Assembly: GCA_964529325.1 (NCBI GenBank)
Contig: CAZGWH010000006.1
Span: 12,424 to 64,009 of the forward strand
Origin: an uncultured bacterium
GTDB lineage: Bacteria > Fidelibacterota > Marinisomatia > SCGC-AAA003-L08 > GCA-2689995
DNA: 51,586 nucleotides
Reading direction: 5' to 3'
A program made the position numbers and the translations under genes. Positions 51,174-51,586 of the stretch are shown here, piece after piece; position 1 is the stretch's first letter; the number at the start of each line of letters is the position of its first letter. The notes below the pieces were generated by a model, which was given only the letters and a program-made list of their open reading frames with translations, searched no databases and was not told where the DNA came from.

Positions 51174-51586
51174 ATGAAAGCATACTTACTTAAAAAACAT
51201 GGCAACCCATTTGTATTAAAAATGGAAGATGTGCCCGAACCATTACCTGTAAAAAATGAAGTTCGAGTTAAATTAAATCATATTGGAATAAATTATGCAG
51301 AAATTTTATCTCGTAAGGGCCTATATGGTTGGGCTCCTCAGAAACCATATATTCCTGGAATGGAAGGGTTTGGAGAAATTGATTCAATTGGTGACGAAGT
51401 TACAAAATATAAAGTTGGTGACAATGTAATCATTGGTGCCCAATTTGGGTCTTATGCTGAAAAAATGGTTATTCCTGAAGGACAAGCATTAAAACCATTC
51501 GACCATTTAACAGACATAGAAAATTCGGCAATTGCAGTAAATGGATTAACAGCTTGGGTTGCATTAATGAACTTAGCCCGATTAAA
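51174..51586 (+). CDS. Medium-chain dehydrogenase/quinone oxidoreductase (Qor/VAT-1-like), 3'-truncated by the window edge
   Basis: Not in the ORF track. Hand translation gives MKAYLLKKHGNPFVLKMEDVPEP..EVRVK..IGINYAE...RKGLY..PYIPGMEGFG..GSYAE..NGLTAW, open to the window end. Confidence 0.9.
   Translation, partial: MKAYLLKKHGNPFVLKMEDVPEPLPVKNEVRVKLNHIGINYAEILSRKGLYGWAPQKPYIPGMEGFGEIDSIGDEVTKYKVGDNVIIGAQFGSYAEKMVIPEGQALKPFDHLTDIENSAIAVNGLTAWVALMNLARL

Overview
An AT-rich (roughly 30% GC by eye), gene-dense bacterial chromosomal segment made mostly of housekeeping genes. Gene content and protein styles suggest an FCB-group marine bacterium, plausibly Ca. Marinimicrobia/SAR406; this is inference only. 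In order: a 5'-truncated mfd and two parvulin/SurA-type PPIases; an AT-rich gap with a perfect DnaA box (candidate oriC, no adjacent dnaA); dnaN-recF-dciA-gyrB-gyrA-yggS; and a small accessory block (ABC-type ATPase, VOC, TerC, DUF3228, SDR, yjbQ, class V aminotransferase) next to tRNA-His. A long minus-strand run follows: eno-ftsB-two unknown envelope proteins-amidase-murI-folC-rho-Gld-like ABC/DUF4340-yaaA. The rest comprises a surface-glycan cluster ending in ppx, BI-1/YccA, rlmN, moxR-DUF58, a 1124-aa OstA/LptA-like-LptD fusion, rarA, an NPP phosphodiesterase, two convergent fatty-acid-hydroxylase-family genes and a 3'-truncated MDR oxidoreductase. No integrase, transposase, phage gene or CRISPR array is visible. 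The best novelty candidate is an unannotated, terminator-flanked, highly structured ~200-nt plus-strand RNA at 42850-43052 with mutually exclusive pairings and repeated UGGGAGG motifs. Also notable are the LptA-like/LptD fusion, the dnaA-less origin and a possible ether-lipid scavenging module.
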